A DNA stretch of 64,000 bases, taken from assembly GCA_031417525.1 (NCBI GenBank), contig JANOVT010000332.1:19365-83364 (forward strand). The letters are read 5' to 3'. The position numbers and the translations under genes were made by a program. Positions within the stretch are counted from its first letter, which is position 1; every line of letters starts with the position of its first letter. A model generated the notes under the pieces. The model saw nothing but the letters and a program-made list of their open reading frames with translations. It did not search any database and was not told the DNA's origin. Of this stretch, positions 49,997 through 59,129 are shown piece after piece. This DNA comes from Flavobacteriales bacterium. Lineage in GTDB: Bacteria; Bacteroidota; Bacteroidia; Flavobacteriales_D; Sanyastnellaceae.

Positions 49997-51085
49997 GTGC
50001 AAAAGAAACTCCGGAGTAAAATTTATCTTTCTGATGAAGGATTTGGACATATTGTGCGTCAGCGCGCAGTAGTGGAAGATCTGCTGTTGGCGATGCCAGA
50101 TACCAATATTACCGTCCAAACGAAAATGCAAATCGCTGCTGCCGGTAGATTTATTCCCGGTGCACAATTGATTGAAAGATTCAACAATATCCAGTGGGAT
50201 AAAAAAGCGAATGGTTCACCGGATCTCCAGAAAATTTCTACCCGATACAAAACTTACATAGAAACTTCCAGACAATTTATAGAAAAAGAACTGGAAGACT
50301 TTTCTTACGACTATGTCATTTCAGATTTTGTGTATGAAGCTTTCGAAGTAGCCCGACAGGCTAAGAAGCCGTCATTTGGTGTAGCGCATTTCACCTGGGA
50401 TTGGTTTTTTTCGAAATTATATCCGCCACCGGTTCACACAGATGTCATCAATCATTTTATGAAAATGGCATCGCTTGCTACCCGATTGTATTTTCCTCCA
50501 TTCACACCCGAAGAAATTATTCATCACTACAAAGGCAAAGCAGTAGAAGTGCCACTGATACTTCATCATAAAATTGAACACAAAGTGAGCAACTACCACG
50601 ACAAATTCAAGGTTCTTATCATGGACAGTGGCGCCGGAGTTCTGAGTGAATCAATCAAAAAAGCACTGAAAAGCGTGAGACAACTTGACGAATTTTTGTT
50701 TTTCGTTTCAGATAAATTTGAAGTGGATCAGTCAAATGTTCGCACCATTCCTTCGAGCGACTTGATGGTGGATTATGTTGCAGACATGAATCTTGTTATC
50801 GGACGTGCCGGATTTAATACGATATCGGAATGTGTTGGATTGCGCACTCCGATGCTTCTGATAGGTGAAGCAATGAATCCGGAAATGAATGAAAATATTT
50901 TACTCCTGAAAAAACAACACCTCGGTTCATTCATCTCTATTGATACTTTTGAAAAAGGATTGGGCAAATTTTTACCTTCCTTTCTAAAACATGAATACGG
51001 ACACATTCAGTCGACGATGCAGGATCATGAAATCGCAACGAATGGTGCGGAAGTGATTGTGCAAGACATGATGAATTATCTATGA
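49997..51085 (+). CDS. MurG/PseG-like GT-B fold protein (GT28 C-terminal-domain-like)
   Basis: 362 aa with a GTG start. N-terminal SDEGFGHIVRQ and C-terminal VIGRAGFNTISECVGLRTPMLLI resemble the MurG/PseG family. Has an ATGA overlap with the cytidylyltransferase gene. Confidence 0.45.
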   Translation: MQKKLRSKIYLSDEGFGHIVRQRAVVEDLLLAMPDTNITVQTKMQIAAAGRFIPGAQLIERFNNIQWDKKANGSPDLQKISTRYKTYIETSRQFIEKELEDFSYDYVISDFVYEAFEVARQAKKPSFGVAHFTWDWFFSKLYPPPVHTDVINHFMKMASLATRLYFPPFTPEEIIHHYKGKAVEVPLILHHKIEHKVSNYHDKFKVLIMDSGAGVLSESIKKALKSVRQLDEFLFFVSDKFEVDQSNVRTIPSSDLMVDYVADMNLVIGRAGFNTISECVGLRTPMLLIGEAMNPEMNENILLLKKQHLGSFISIDTFEKGLGKFLPSFLKHEYGHIQSTMQDHEIATNGAEVIVQDMMNYL

Positions 51086-51648
51086 GAGTGATCGCAATCA
51101 TACCGGCCCGTGGTGGATCGAAGCGCCTTCCGAAAAAGAACATTTTTCCATTGAATGGCAAGCCGCTCATCGCTTACACTATCGAAGCATGCAGGGCATC
51201 GGCCTACATCAACGACATCTATGTAAGTTCAGACGATGATGAAATTCTAACCGTCGGCGAACAATTCGGTGCGAAGGCCTTGAAACGACCTTCCACGCTA
51301 GCGGACGATCACACGCCAAAAATCATCGCCATCCGTCAAGCAGTAAAAGATGAAAAAATTGGTGAGATGAGTAAAGATGATATTGTCATTATTCCTCAAG
51401 CAAATTCACCACAAATCACGAGTGCACAAATGGATGCGGGTCTAAAGCTTTTGATTGAAAATAATCTATGGGAAGTGATGAGCGCCGATAACAATGGTAT
51501 CCAAAATGCCGCATTCAGAATCGTGCGTTATCATGCATTGTTCAATGAATTTCTGAGCGCTCATTGCGGCTTTGTGGTTGCTGACAACATTGATGTGCAC
51601 ACGCAGGCAGATATTGATTGGCTGATGCAGCATCCAGCGAAAAAATAA
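51082..51648 (+). CDS. Acylneuraminate (nonulosonate) cytidylyltransferase family protein, short form
   Basis: 188 aa. The N-terminus IAIIPARGGSKRLPKKNIFPLNGKPLIAYTI is the CTP_transf_3 signature. Confidence 0.75.
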   Translation: MRVIAIIPARGGSKRLPKKNIFPLNGKPLIAYTIEACRASAYINDIYVSSDDDEILTVGEQFGAKALKRPSTLADDHTPKIIAIRQAVKDEKIGEMSKDDIVIIPQANSPQITSAQMDAGLKLLIENNLWEVMSADNNGIQNAAFRIVRYHALFNEFLSAHCGFVVADNIDVHTQADIDWLMQHPAKK

Positions 51649-51677
51649 ATATCATTCATTGAAGGAGTTGTGGATTT

Positions 51678-52709
51678 TCAGCGAGCAAACTTCCACTTTT
51701 CTCTCCATTTCAGAGTGGGCTTTTCAATGAGAAAAGAAAATAATATCCCGATTGACAAGGAGGAAATCAGATAAACGCAAGTTGCTGTCATCCCTGAAAA
51801 TCCAAATCTGTAGAGTTCTTGGCCCACCAGAAGATGCCACAGATAAATGGAATATGAATGAATCCCAATAAACGCAATCAACTTCGGAAAGGCATTGATT
51901 AAATTGTTGTTGTTGAAAATCGTTAGGGTTTTGATTTGTGAAGCATAGAGGACCAAAATTCCAAAACCAACATTCATCAGAGTGAGCCCAATTGTATTCA
52001 TCACAAATGAACCACCCGAAAAGACAAAAGGTGGAGATATCAGTATGAGCATCAATAAGACAAAAATCAAACGGTATTTTTTCAAAGTGACTTCGAATTG
52101 TCGAAAACGAATCAGGTAAGCGCAGATGACACCAATAATAATTCCGTCCATCCTCAAGTGAGTCGAAAAGAATGCAAACTCACTTTCTCTTTTCGGAAAA
52201 CAAACAATGAAACGCATGACCAGAGTGCAGATAAGTATTGAAATCAACCAAAATAAAAAGCGCTTCCCAGATGAAGATAATTTACGGATGCGCCATCCTG
52301 CGATCAAAGCCATAGCAAGATAAAAATGTTCTTCAACAGCAATGGACCAGGTATGCGTCCAAACGTGAGGTAAATAGCTCTGAAGAAAAAAGACTTCCGC
52401 TAATATGATTCGTGGCTCATAGGCAAGATCGTGGAAATAATAATTGACAGCGAGGGAAATGATCAGAAAGAAATAAAACGCGGGATAAATTTTGATACCT
52501 CTTCGAATAAAAAACCTTTTTGCATTGAATTGCCCTGTCTTTTGAAACTCTCTGAATACGAGTCCTGCGATGAGAAATCCACTGAGAACAAAAAAAAGAT
52601 CGACGCCAATCCAACCAATTTTATGTAACACACTTTCATCTGAAGTATGGCGAAACAGCACCAGCACAACAGCCACTCCTCTGATAAAATCTAGACCCTG
52701 AATTCTCAT
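51678..52709 (-). CDS. Acyltransferase family 3 membrane protein
   Basis: 343 aa. MRIQGLDFIRGVAVVLVLFRH start and about 10 TM helices. Confidence 0.8.
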   Translation of the reverse strand: MRIQGLDFIRGVAVVLVLFRHTSDESVLHKIGWIGVDLFFVLSGFLIAGLVFREFQKTGQFNAKRFFIRRGIKIYPAFYFFLIISLAVNYYFHDLAYEPRIILAEVFFLQSYLPHVWTHTWSIAVEEHFYLAMALIAGWRIRKLSSSGKRFLFWLISILICTLVMRFIVCFPKRESEFAFFSTHLRMDGIIIGVICAYLIRFRQFEVTLKKYRLIFVLLMLILISPPFVFSGGSFVMNTIGLTLMNVGFGILVLYASQIKTLTIFNNNNLINAFPKLIAFIGIHSYSIYLWHLLVGQELYRFGFSGMTATCVYLISSLSIGILFSFLIEKPTLKWREKWKFAR

Positions 52710-52733
52710 TTGACACTCAGCCTGAAGTACTGA

Positions 52734-53690
52734 CTATTTTTTTCTGGCGACAACGGTGAAGATGTCAAACAAAGTTGGTCGTGTTTCCGCGAACCAAATT
52801 TTTGGATTGATTTCCGGACCTTGATTCAAAGCGAGTCTTTGTTTTTTATGACCAATAAATTTTTTGTACACCGATGGTAAAATCGTGAGATTATTGATTT
52901 TGCCGACTTTGAGCACAGCATCAATTTCGTATCCGATTTTTTCAAAGAACATTTTCATAGAACGTTCGTCGAAATAATAAGTGTGTTGTGCATGAATATG
53001 ATACCACCAGCTTCTGAATATTTTGTATCCAACAGAGCCGATATCCACAGTCTGTATCACCATATAGTCGCCCGACTTTTGATATGCCGAAAGTTTGCGT
53101 AAGTCCCCAATTGGATCCAGCAGATGTTCAATCACATCTGTCATAGTAACCAGATTAATTCTTTGCTGGTTGATGTTTTTCATCACATCTTCCAGATTGT
53201 CTATTGTTCCCTGAAAAACATTTTTGAAACCACTATTGGCAGCAGTCTGAACGCACAACGGATTGTATTCAATGCCATACGAATTGAATTTGTTTCTCCG
53301 CAAGACTTCAGGTAAAATTCCATATCGTGTGCCGATATCCAGTGAAACGGGCAAACCGACCTGAGAGAAATTACACTTTTGGCGGATGAGTTCGATGAGC
53401 GGTCCGAACTTATGCTTCGCCACAGACTTCTCCAGATCGATCACAGACTCAACGCTGTCTGTATAAAGCAAACCCAATTTTTCTCCCAGAAATCTTGGAT
53501 TCTGAAATATGAGCCGGCAGTTGTCGCACTTTACAATAGTCAGGTCGACATGCTGTCTTCCATCCCATGGGTAGGTGATGTAAGTTTTATGGCTATAAAA
53601 ATCCGCTGGATAATGATGAAGCAAACTGAAGTTTTTATTGCCACAGAAGTTGCATTCACTCACCGACTGCTGGACCGATTGTTCGCTCAT
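52734..53690 (-). CDS. Class I SAM-dependent methyltransferase with N-terminal Cys4 zinc ribbon
   Basis: 318 aa. CNFCGN...CDNC ribbon followed by a methyltransferase core (LDIGTRYG, MTDVIEHL). Confidence 0.7.
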   Translation of the reverse strand: MSEQSVQQSVSECNFCGNKNFSLLHHYPADFYSHKTYITYPWDGRQHVDLTIVKCDNCRLIFQNPRFLGEKLGLLYTDSVESVIDLEKSVAKHKFGPLIELIRQKCNFSQVGLPVSLDIGTRYGILPEVLRRNKFNSYGIEYNPLCVQTAANSGFKNVFQGTIDNLEDVMKNINQQRINLVTMTDVIEHLLDPIGDLRKLSAYQKSGDYMVIQTVDIGSVGYKIFRSWWYHIHAQHTYYFDERSMKMFFEKIGYEIDAVLKVGKINNLTILPSVYKKFIGHKKQRLALNQGPEINPKIWFAETRPTLFDIFTVVARKK

Positions 53691-53738
53691 AAATGATGAA
53701 GTAACAGGAAAAAGACAATCATGATCAGAAATAAAATA

Positions 53739-54497
53739 TTACACCAGCACGGCGTAAGATTGAGCACCGCTGTACTTATTCCGTTCAATGCGAATATTCT
53801 GCAATCCGAAAGCTTCACGTACCGCAATAGTTTCACCAGGGAATTCTCGGTCATTCAATTCGTCAAAACCAATGACGGTGCCTTTAGTGACATATGGTTT
53901 AATTAACTCAAGGCATTTCATCGTTGGTTCATATAAGGTCATATCAAACCATGCAAAAGCGATGATTGTTTCCGGATGCTCGCTCAAATATTTTTCCAAT
54001 TCATCGATGGCATTGCCTTTACGCAGCGAATTTTTCTGAATGTGGGAAAGTGGGCTTTCGCCTTCATGAAAATTCAAAAGATCCATCAGATAATCCTCGT
54101 AACCGCTTGTCACTGCGAGTGAACCAGAAGCGATAATTTCATGTGCACCATCTTTCGCAGAAAGCACAGGAAATCCTTCAAACGTATCGAATCCGATCAA
54201 TTTTCTGTTGTGGTTGAAAGGTTCATACAAGCCACGCAGATTGCTAAGTGTGACCAGATTTTGACCCCAACGAACACCGAACTCCATCATCACGCCATGC
54301 ACATTCAGAATGTGATTTTGATACAAATCAGCAAAAAACAGATGTTTTGTCAATTCTTGTCTTTTCAGAAACAAGCCGGCATTCGCTACCAGTTCATTAT
54401 CCGGAAGCGGACAATTTCGCATTGCCGAAGCAATTCTGGCTCTGCCGGTCAATTCCTTTTCTGAAGCCAGTGTTTTAATCTTAATGTCTTGTGCCAT
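53739..54497 (-). CDS. TylF/MycF-family (macrocin-type) O-methyltransferase
   Basis: 252 aa. Has EFGVRWGQN, FDTFEGFP and a C-terminal DMTLYEPT... pattern typical of the family. Confidence 0.65.
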   Translation of the reverse strand: MAQDIKIKTLASEKELTGRARIASAMRNCPLPDNELVANAGLFLKRQELTKHLFFADLYQNHILNVHGVMMEFGVRWGQNLVTLSNLRGLYEPFNHNRKLIGFDTFEGFPVLSAKDGAHEIIASGSLAVTSGYEDYLMDLLNFHEGESPLSHIQKNSLRKGNAIDELEKYLSEHPETIIAFAWFDMTLYEPTMKCLELIKPYVTKGTVIGFDELNDREFPGETIAVREAFGLQNIRIERNKYSGAQSYAVLV

Positions 54498-54630
54498 GAA
54501 GTGTTATGCGTTTTTGGAGTCGACAAAGATAGGTCCAGTGCCAATGTACTGACCATCAAACCATTTTTATTTTGAAGAAACACCGACATCATCGGTGAAT
54601 TCGTAGTGGCTCATTGCTGGTCACAATGCC

Positions 54631-54638
54631 TACTTTTG
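54631..54638 (+). promoter_or_regulatory. Candidate -7 promoter box TACTTTTG for the NeuB-like gene and downstream operon
   Basis: Perfect TAnnTTTG 25 nt upstream of ATG 54664, in a divergent intergenic region. The -33 element is weak. Confidence 0.35.
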
Positions 54639-54663
54639 CAAGCCAAATTAACTCGTACTACAC

Positions 54664-55365
54664 ATGTTTGTTATTTCAGAAATTTTCCCTCAACACGGCG
54701 GAAGCCTCGAGGTGGCCGAGCAGATGATTCTCCAGAGCAAAATGGCAGGAGCCGATGCTGTGAAAGTTCAACTCTATACAGCAACACAATTCGGTGCTGA
54801 GCGTGGATACCTTGAATTGAGCAAAGACGGACTCAAACGTCTGAGAGATTATGCCGGTACCGTTGGCATAAAACTTTTCGCCACGCCATTTACCATGGAA
54901 AGATTGGACTGGTGTCTCGAACTCGATCTGCCATACCTCAAAGTAGCAGCGCGCATGCACAAAGAGTTTCCTGAGCTGACGGCGGCCATCATGAGCCATA
55001 AAAAACCAACTTTCGTCAGCATACCATCGGATTCAAATCCGGATGACATCATCAAATTTGATCATTCCATTTATCTCTACTGTGTGGTTAAATATCCGAC
55101 CCGCGTAGACGAATTCTCGATGCCAGATTTCAGCAAATCGATATTTCATGGAATAAGCGATCATACATTAGGCAATGCCGGCGCACTGTTCGCAGCGGCA
55201 CATGGAGCGAAATATCTTGAGAAACATTTTACGCTCCGCAAATCGTTTCAATACGAAACCGAAAAAGCACACCTTGGCAGCATGGACATGAACGATCTTG
55301 CAGAAATCAAAAACACAGCGTTTGAATTCGAAAGAATCCGGAAAGTCCTGGGCTATGATAAGTGA
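54664..55365 (+). CDS. NeuB-family (nonulosonate/sialic acid synthase-like) TIM-barrel protein lacking the C-terminal SAF domain
   Basis: 233 aa. Has ISEIFPQHGGSLEVAEQMI..AGADAVKVQ, LFATPF, PYLKVA and ISDHTLG...YLEKHFTL. It ends shortly after the barrel. Confidence 0.7.
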   Translation: MFVISEIFPQHGGSLEVAEQMILQSKMAGADAVKVQLYTATQFGAERGYLELSKDGLKRLRDYAGTVGIKLFATPFTMERLDWCLELDLPYLKVAARMHKEFPELTAAIMSHKKPTFVSIPSDSNPDDIIKFDHSIYLYCVVKYPTRVDEFSMPDFSKSIFHGISDHTLGNAGALFAAAHGAKYLEKHFTLRKSFQYETEKAHLGSMDMNDLAEIKNTAFEFERIRKVLGYDK

Positions 55366-56680
55366 GCTCAAAAGTGTCATCCGATCTTACTACAGGCTTG
55401 AATCTGCCTGGACATCTTCATCAAAAAACACAGATGAATACCTTGCTGCTACGTGTCTGTTCGAGTATCAATCCTATAGATTGCTTGAGTCGGATAAAAC
55501 GGATGCACTGCTCGGATTCCGTGTATTTCTGAGAACAATCCGCCGCATTTTCAAATCTGATTCCGGCCTGATCCGATTCAATAAATCTTCTGATGCTCTT
55601 GTAGTCAGTGGAACTATTGCGATACAAGAACGAGTGACGGAATACATCAGGAGATCAGGTCATGTTGAGTTGAATACTTATGTGGCGAAAGACATCATGA
55701 ACTTCGCAGGAGTAAGCAAGATCAAACTTATTCTGACACTACTACCATTCGCAATTCGCCAATCCTTTCGATGCATAGTAAATCCTTATCGTCTGGGCAT
55801 CGCATTGAGCATCGCGGAAGTGGCGGAAATTGCATACCTCCTACACTACATTCAAGAAAATAAAATTCGCAAAGTGTTTGATTTTGTGCCTTACGAAATC
55901 GACAGCAACTTCATGTATCTAGAGTTGTGTGCGCATGAGGTGGAAGTTATCAAGATTCCTTCCTCCGGACCGTTGGCAACACATCACCGCATTCTTTTGG
56001 CAGATGAAGTTATTTTCAGTACACCTTATCACTACGAGGAGTATTTAAAATTTAAAGATTCATTCAAAGTAAAAAGTCAAATTTTATGGCCACCGGAACG
56101 CGCTTTCCAATATTACCCGCGCTATAAGAATGATCCTCCCAAGCCTGAACCTAAAACGCTGGGATTCTATTCGCATGGCGAGTGGCTGCGAAAGCAAGAG
56201 AAACACTCTGCTTATGGCGGACGGATAGGGGAAGCGGAAGAAACCATTTTGAATTATCTTGGGAAATATGTTTTAGCACATCCTGAATTCAAGCTGATCA
56301 TTTTTCCGCATCCAAGAGAAATGAAACCTGAAGTGAAAGAAAGGATGAATGCATTTTACCTGAAAACCATTTCGCACGATCAATTTGAAATAGCGCAATA
56401 TCAAGGTGGAACTACACAGCATTTTGATAAAATAGATATTGCCGTTGCTGCATTTAGCACCATACTGTACGAACGGCTTTACTGCGGATACAAAACGCTG
56501 ATAGGCAACATGGCTATTTCTGAATTCCCGATGAATCGCAGCCCACTAAATAATATCTGCTTCAGAACATATGAATCCATGATGAGTATGATTGATGAGT
56601 ATTCCAATCAAAGCGAAGCGCATTTTTTCACACGCACACAGCTCGAATCATTCAGAGCTGTTCATTATCCTGAACCATAA
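55355..56680 (+). CDS. Hypothetical protein, unassigned (possible GT-B-like transferase)
   Basis: 441 aa from ATG 55355, which overlaps the NeuB-like stop by 11 nt. No family recognised. Contains an FPHPRE (His-Pro) segment in the C-terminal half. Confidence 0.6.
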   Translation: MISELKSVIRSYYRLESAWTSSSKNTDEYLAATCLFEYQSYRLLESDKTDALLGFRVFLRTIRRIFKSDSGLIRFNKSSDALVVSGTIAIQERVTEYIRRSGHVELNTYVAKDIMNFAGVSKIKLILTLLPFAIRQSFRCIVNPYRLGIALSIAEVAEIAYLLHYIQENKIRKVFDFVPYEIDSNFMYLELCAHEVEVIKIPSSGPLATHHRILLADEVIFSTPYHYEEYLKFKDSFKVKSQILWPPERAFQYYPRYKNDPPKPEPKTLGFYSHGEWLRKQEKHSAYGGRIGEAEETILNYLGKYVLAHPEFKLIIFPHPREMKPEVKERMNAFYLKTISHDQFEIAQYQGGTTQHFDKIDIAVAAFSTILYERLYCGYKTLIGNMAISEFPMNRSPLNNICFRTYESMMSMIDEYSNQSEAHFFTRTQLESFRAVHYPEP

Positions 56681-56703
56681 CTTTCTGGACAATCTAAAAT
56701 CGA

Positions 56704-57951
56704 TTGAAGACACCAGAGCACATACTGATCATCAACTATGACTTTCCTCCAAACGAAGGAATTGGAGGAAGAAGATGGGCCAAGTTTTCGAAACAATTGG
56801 CGATTGAAGGTTATCACATACACGTCATCAAAGCGGATGCTGTGAATGATAAAAATATTTCTACCTGGAGTTCCGATGTCATCCATGAGAATATTCATAT
56901 TTATTCTCTTCCAAGAAAATATCCGATCATATTTTCACATCCCAAGCCAGATTTGATATCGCGTGTGATGTATCGGTTTCAAAAGCTCAGGCTGGAAATT
57001 CAGGAAAAAGGAACCATCTATGACATCTCCATAGGATGGAAAAATAGTCTGCAACAAAAGATGCGCGAACTCATTTCTTCTTATCCAATAGTGAATGTCA
57101 TCGCTACAGGAGCTCCCTGGAAAATGCTTGCGGATGTGGCGGAAATGAAAACGGAGTTTCCACAAATAAATCTGATCGTTGATTATCGTGATCCATGGCT
57201 AAACGCACTGAACTATGGAATGAAAGGACTTTCAACCGGCAGAAAAAAGGAAGAAGAAAGAAAACAAACCCTGATACTTGAAAACGCTTCGGTGATCATT
57301 TCGCCATACGCCTATCTAACAGCCGAGCTGAAACAATGGTCGGCTGATCATTGCAAACAACAAAGTCATTTTGAGGTGCTCACCCATTTTTTCGATCCCG
57401 ACGATCTGACCAAAAGCATTGCTACAAAGCGAGATCAACTCACGCTGATTTATGGTGGCGACTTATATCAGGGAATAGAGAAAGAACTGGAGCAGATTAA
57501 AAATGAGCTTCTGGAATTGAAGGAAAACAATCCAACACTTTACGCTAAACTTCGAATCAAAATTTTCACGAATAAACATGGAGATAAAACATTTGAAGGG
57601 CTCACTTGTGTTGAAATAAATGCGGGCGTAGGAAAATTAATTTTTTCCGAAATGAGCGCTGCGGATGTCATTCTCATTATTCTTCCCCAAAACAAACGCA
57701 ACGACCGCACGACAAAATTTTTTGAAAGCCTTCCGCTTCGAAAACCCTTTATGGTTGTTTCAGAAAGCGGAGAGGTGACCAAATTTGTGAGTGAGAATAA
57801 ACTTGGTTTCATTTTGAATTCAACAGAAGGAAAATTTGAAACCATCTTACAAAATATTACTTCCGGCACGCATGAATTCGATGCCGAATTTGATATCCAG
57901 CCTTATAGTTTAAAAAATGTCACCAGGAAATTAATGGATCTTTTCAAGTGA
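56704..57951 (+). CDS. Glycosyltransferase (GT4-like N-terminal domain)
   Basis: 415 aa with a TTG start. ILIINYDFPPNEGIGGRRWAKF is a typical GT4-type N-terminus. Confidence 0.6.
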   Translation: MKTPEHILIINYDFPPNEGIGGRRWAKFSKQLAIEGYHIHVIKADAVNDKNISTWSSDVIHENIHIYSLPRKYPIIFSHPKPDLISRVMYRFQKLRLEIQEKGTIYDISIGWKNSLQQKMRELISSYPIVNVIATGAPWKMLADVAEMKTEFPQINLIVDYRDPWLNALNYGMKGLSTGRKKEEERKQTLILENASVIISPYAYLTAELKQWSADHCKQQSHFEVLTHFFDPDDLTKSIATKRDQLTLIYGGDLYQGIEKELEQIKNELLELKENNPTLYAKLRIKIFTNKHGDKTFEGLTCVEINAGVGKLIFSEMSAADVILIILPQNKRNDRTTKFFESLPLRKPFMVVSESGEVTKFVSENKLGFILNSTEGKFETILQNITSGTHEFDAEFDIQPYSLKNVTRKLMDLFK

Positions 57952-59129
57952 AAATAATTTACTACAGCCCTCACCCACACATCAACATGTCTGCGCCAAG
58001 TGGCCCCGGAACTCATATCCGTGAAGTGATTAATGGATTTGAGCAACGTGGTCATACAGTAGTAAAATTGATAGCCGGCGGGACAGCTCTTGATCAAACA
58101 TCGGCTTCCATAACCTTTAGGAAACGATCCTGGAAAAAGATGATTCCCAATTTCATCTGGCAAACAGCCAAAGACTATTCGCTCATTCGGCTTGATAAAA
58201 AATTGGAGGAACAACTCTCAGAATTGATCAAAGCGGAAAAGCCTGATTTCATATACGAACGTGCTTATTACCTCATGGGATCCGGATACAGAGCAGCCGA
58301 AGTGCATTCGGTGAAATATGCCTGTGAAATCAATGCTCCATACCCTGAAGAAAAAAGTGCGATGAGTGGTACGAGTTTGTTCGTGCAACGCTCCAAAAAA
58401 AACGAAACACTTCAGGTTCAGTCTTCCAACCGGGTTTTTGTTGTGTCGACTGCTTTAAAAAAATACCTGGAAAAAAGTTTTGGATCTGTACAGTCAAAAA
58501 TAATTGTGACACCGAATGCAGTGAATCCAAAAAACATAGGATTGAATGCACAAACGCAAAAAGAAATTCGCACTGACACTGGCATTCAATCATCCGACAA
58601 AGTGATTGGATTTGTTGGTTCCATCTTCCCGTATCATGGCGTCGATGCGTTGATTGAAACTTTTGCGCAAATCCGCAAAGAGCGTGTCGATTCGATCAAA
58701 TTACTCATTGTTGGAGATGGCGAAATTTTGAACGCTTTGAAACAACGAGTACAAGAATTAGGAATTGAGAGCGATGTTATTTTTACAGGAAACGTTCTTC
58801 ATAGCAGAGTCTATGATTACATCGGCATCATGGATTACACCGTGATGGCGAGAAGCAATTGGTATGGTTCTCCTGTAAAAATATTTGAATATGGCATCAT
58901 GAAGAAGTGTATCATCGCGCCGGATGTCGTTCCAGTAACTGATGTGATGAAAGATCAAGAAGATGGATTATTGATCAGCGATGATATCCTCTCATTAAAA
59001 AAAGCACTGGAATATTTTCTGGATCATCCAACAGAAGCATTCAGGATGGCTGAAAATTTCTATGAAAAAGTATCGAAAAAACATACCTGGCAGCAAGTGA
59101 GCGATAGCATACTGGAGGAAATGAAATGA
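57948..59129 (+). CDS. Glycosyltransferase family 4
   Basis: 393 aa with a GTG start that overlaps the previous stop. N-terminal GPGTHIREV..GF..RGH, and a C-terminal GT1/GT4 core (LLIVGDG, GSPVKIFEYG). Confidence 0.75.
   Translation: MKIIYYSPHPHINMSAPSGPGTHIREVINGFEQRGHTVVKLIAGGTALDQTSASITFRKRSWKKMIPNFIWQTAKDYSLIRLDKKLEEQLSELIKAEKPDFIYERAYYLMGSGYRAAEVHSVKYACEINAPYPEEKSAMSGTSLFVQRSKKNETLQVQSSNRVFVVSTALKKYLEKSFGSVQSKIIVTPNAVNPKNIGLNAQTQKEIRTDTGIQSSDKVIGFVGSIFPYHGVDALIETFAQIRKERVDSIKLLIVGDGEILNALKQRVQELGIESDVIFTGNVLHSRVYDYIGIMDYTVMARSNWYGSPVKIFEYGIMKKCIIAPDVVPVTDVMKDQEDGLLISDDILSLKKALEYFLDHPTEAFRMAENFYEKVSKKHTWQQVSDSILEEMK

Noticed and set aside
54664-55365. NeuB-like gene as a frameshifted pseudogene whose SAF domain continues into the next ORF
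   Set aside because: The N-terminal region of the downstream ORF shows no SAF-like sequence, and the barrel motifs up to EKHFTL are intact. I treat it as a naturally short form, but orthologue comparison is needed.
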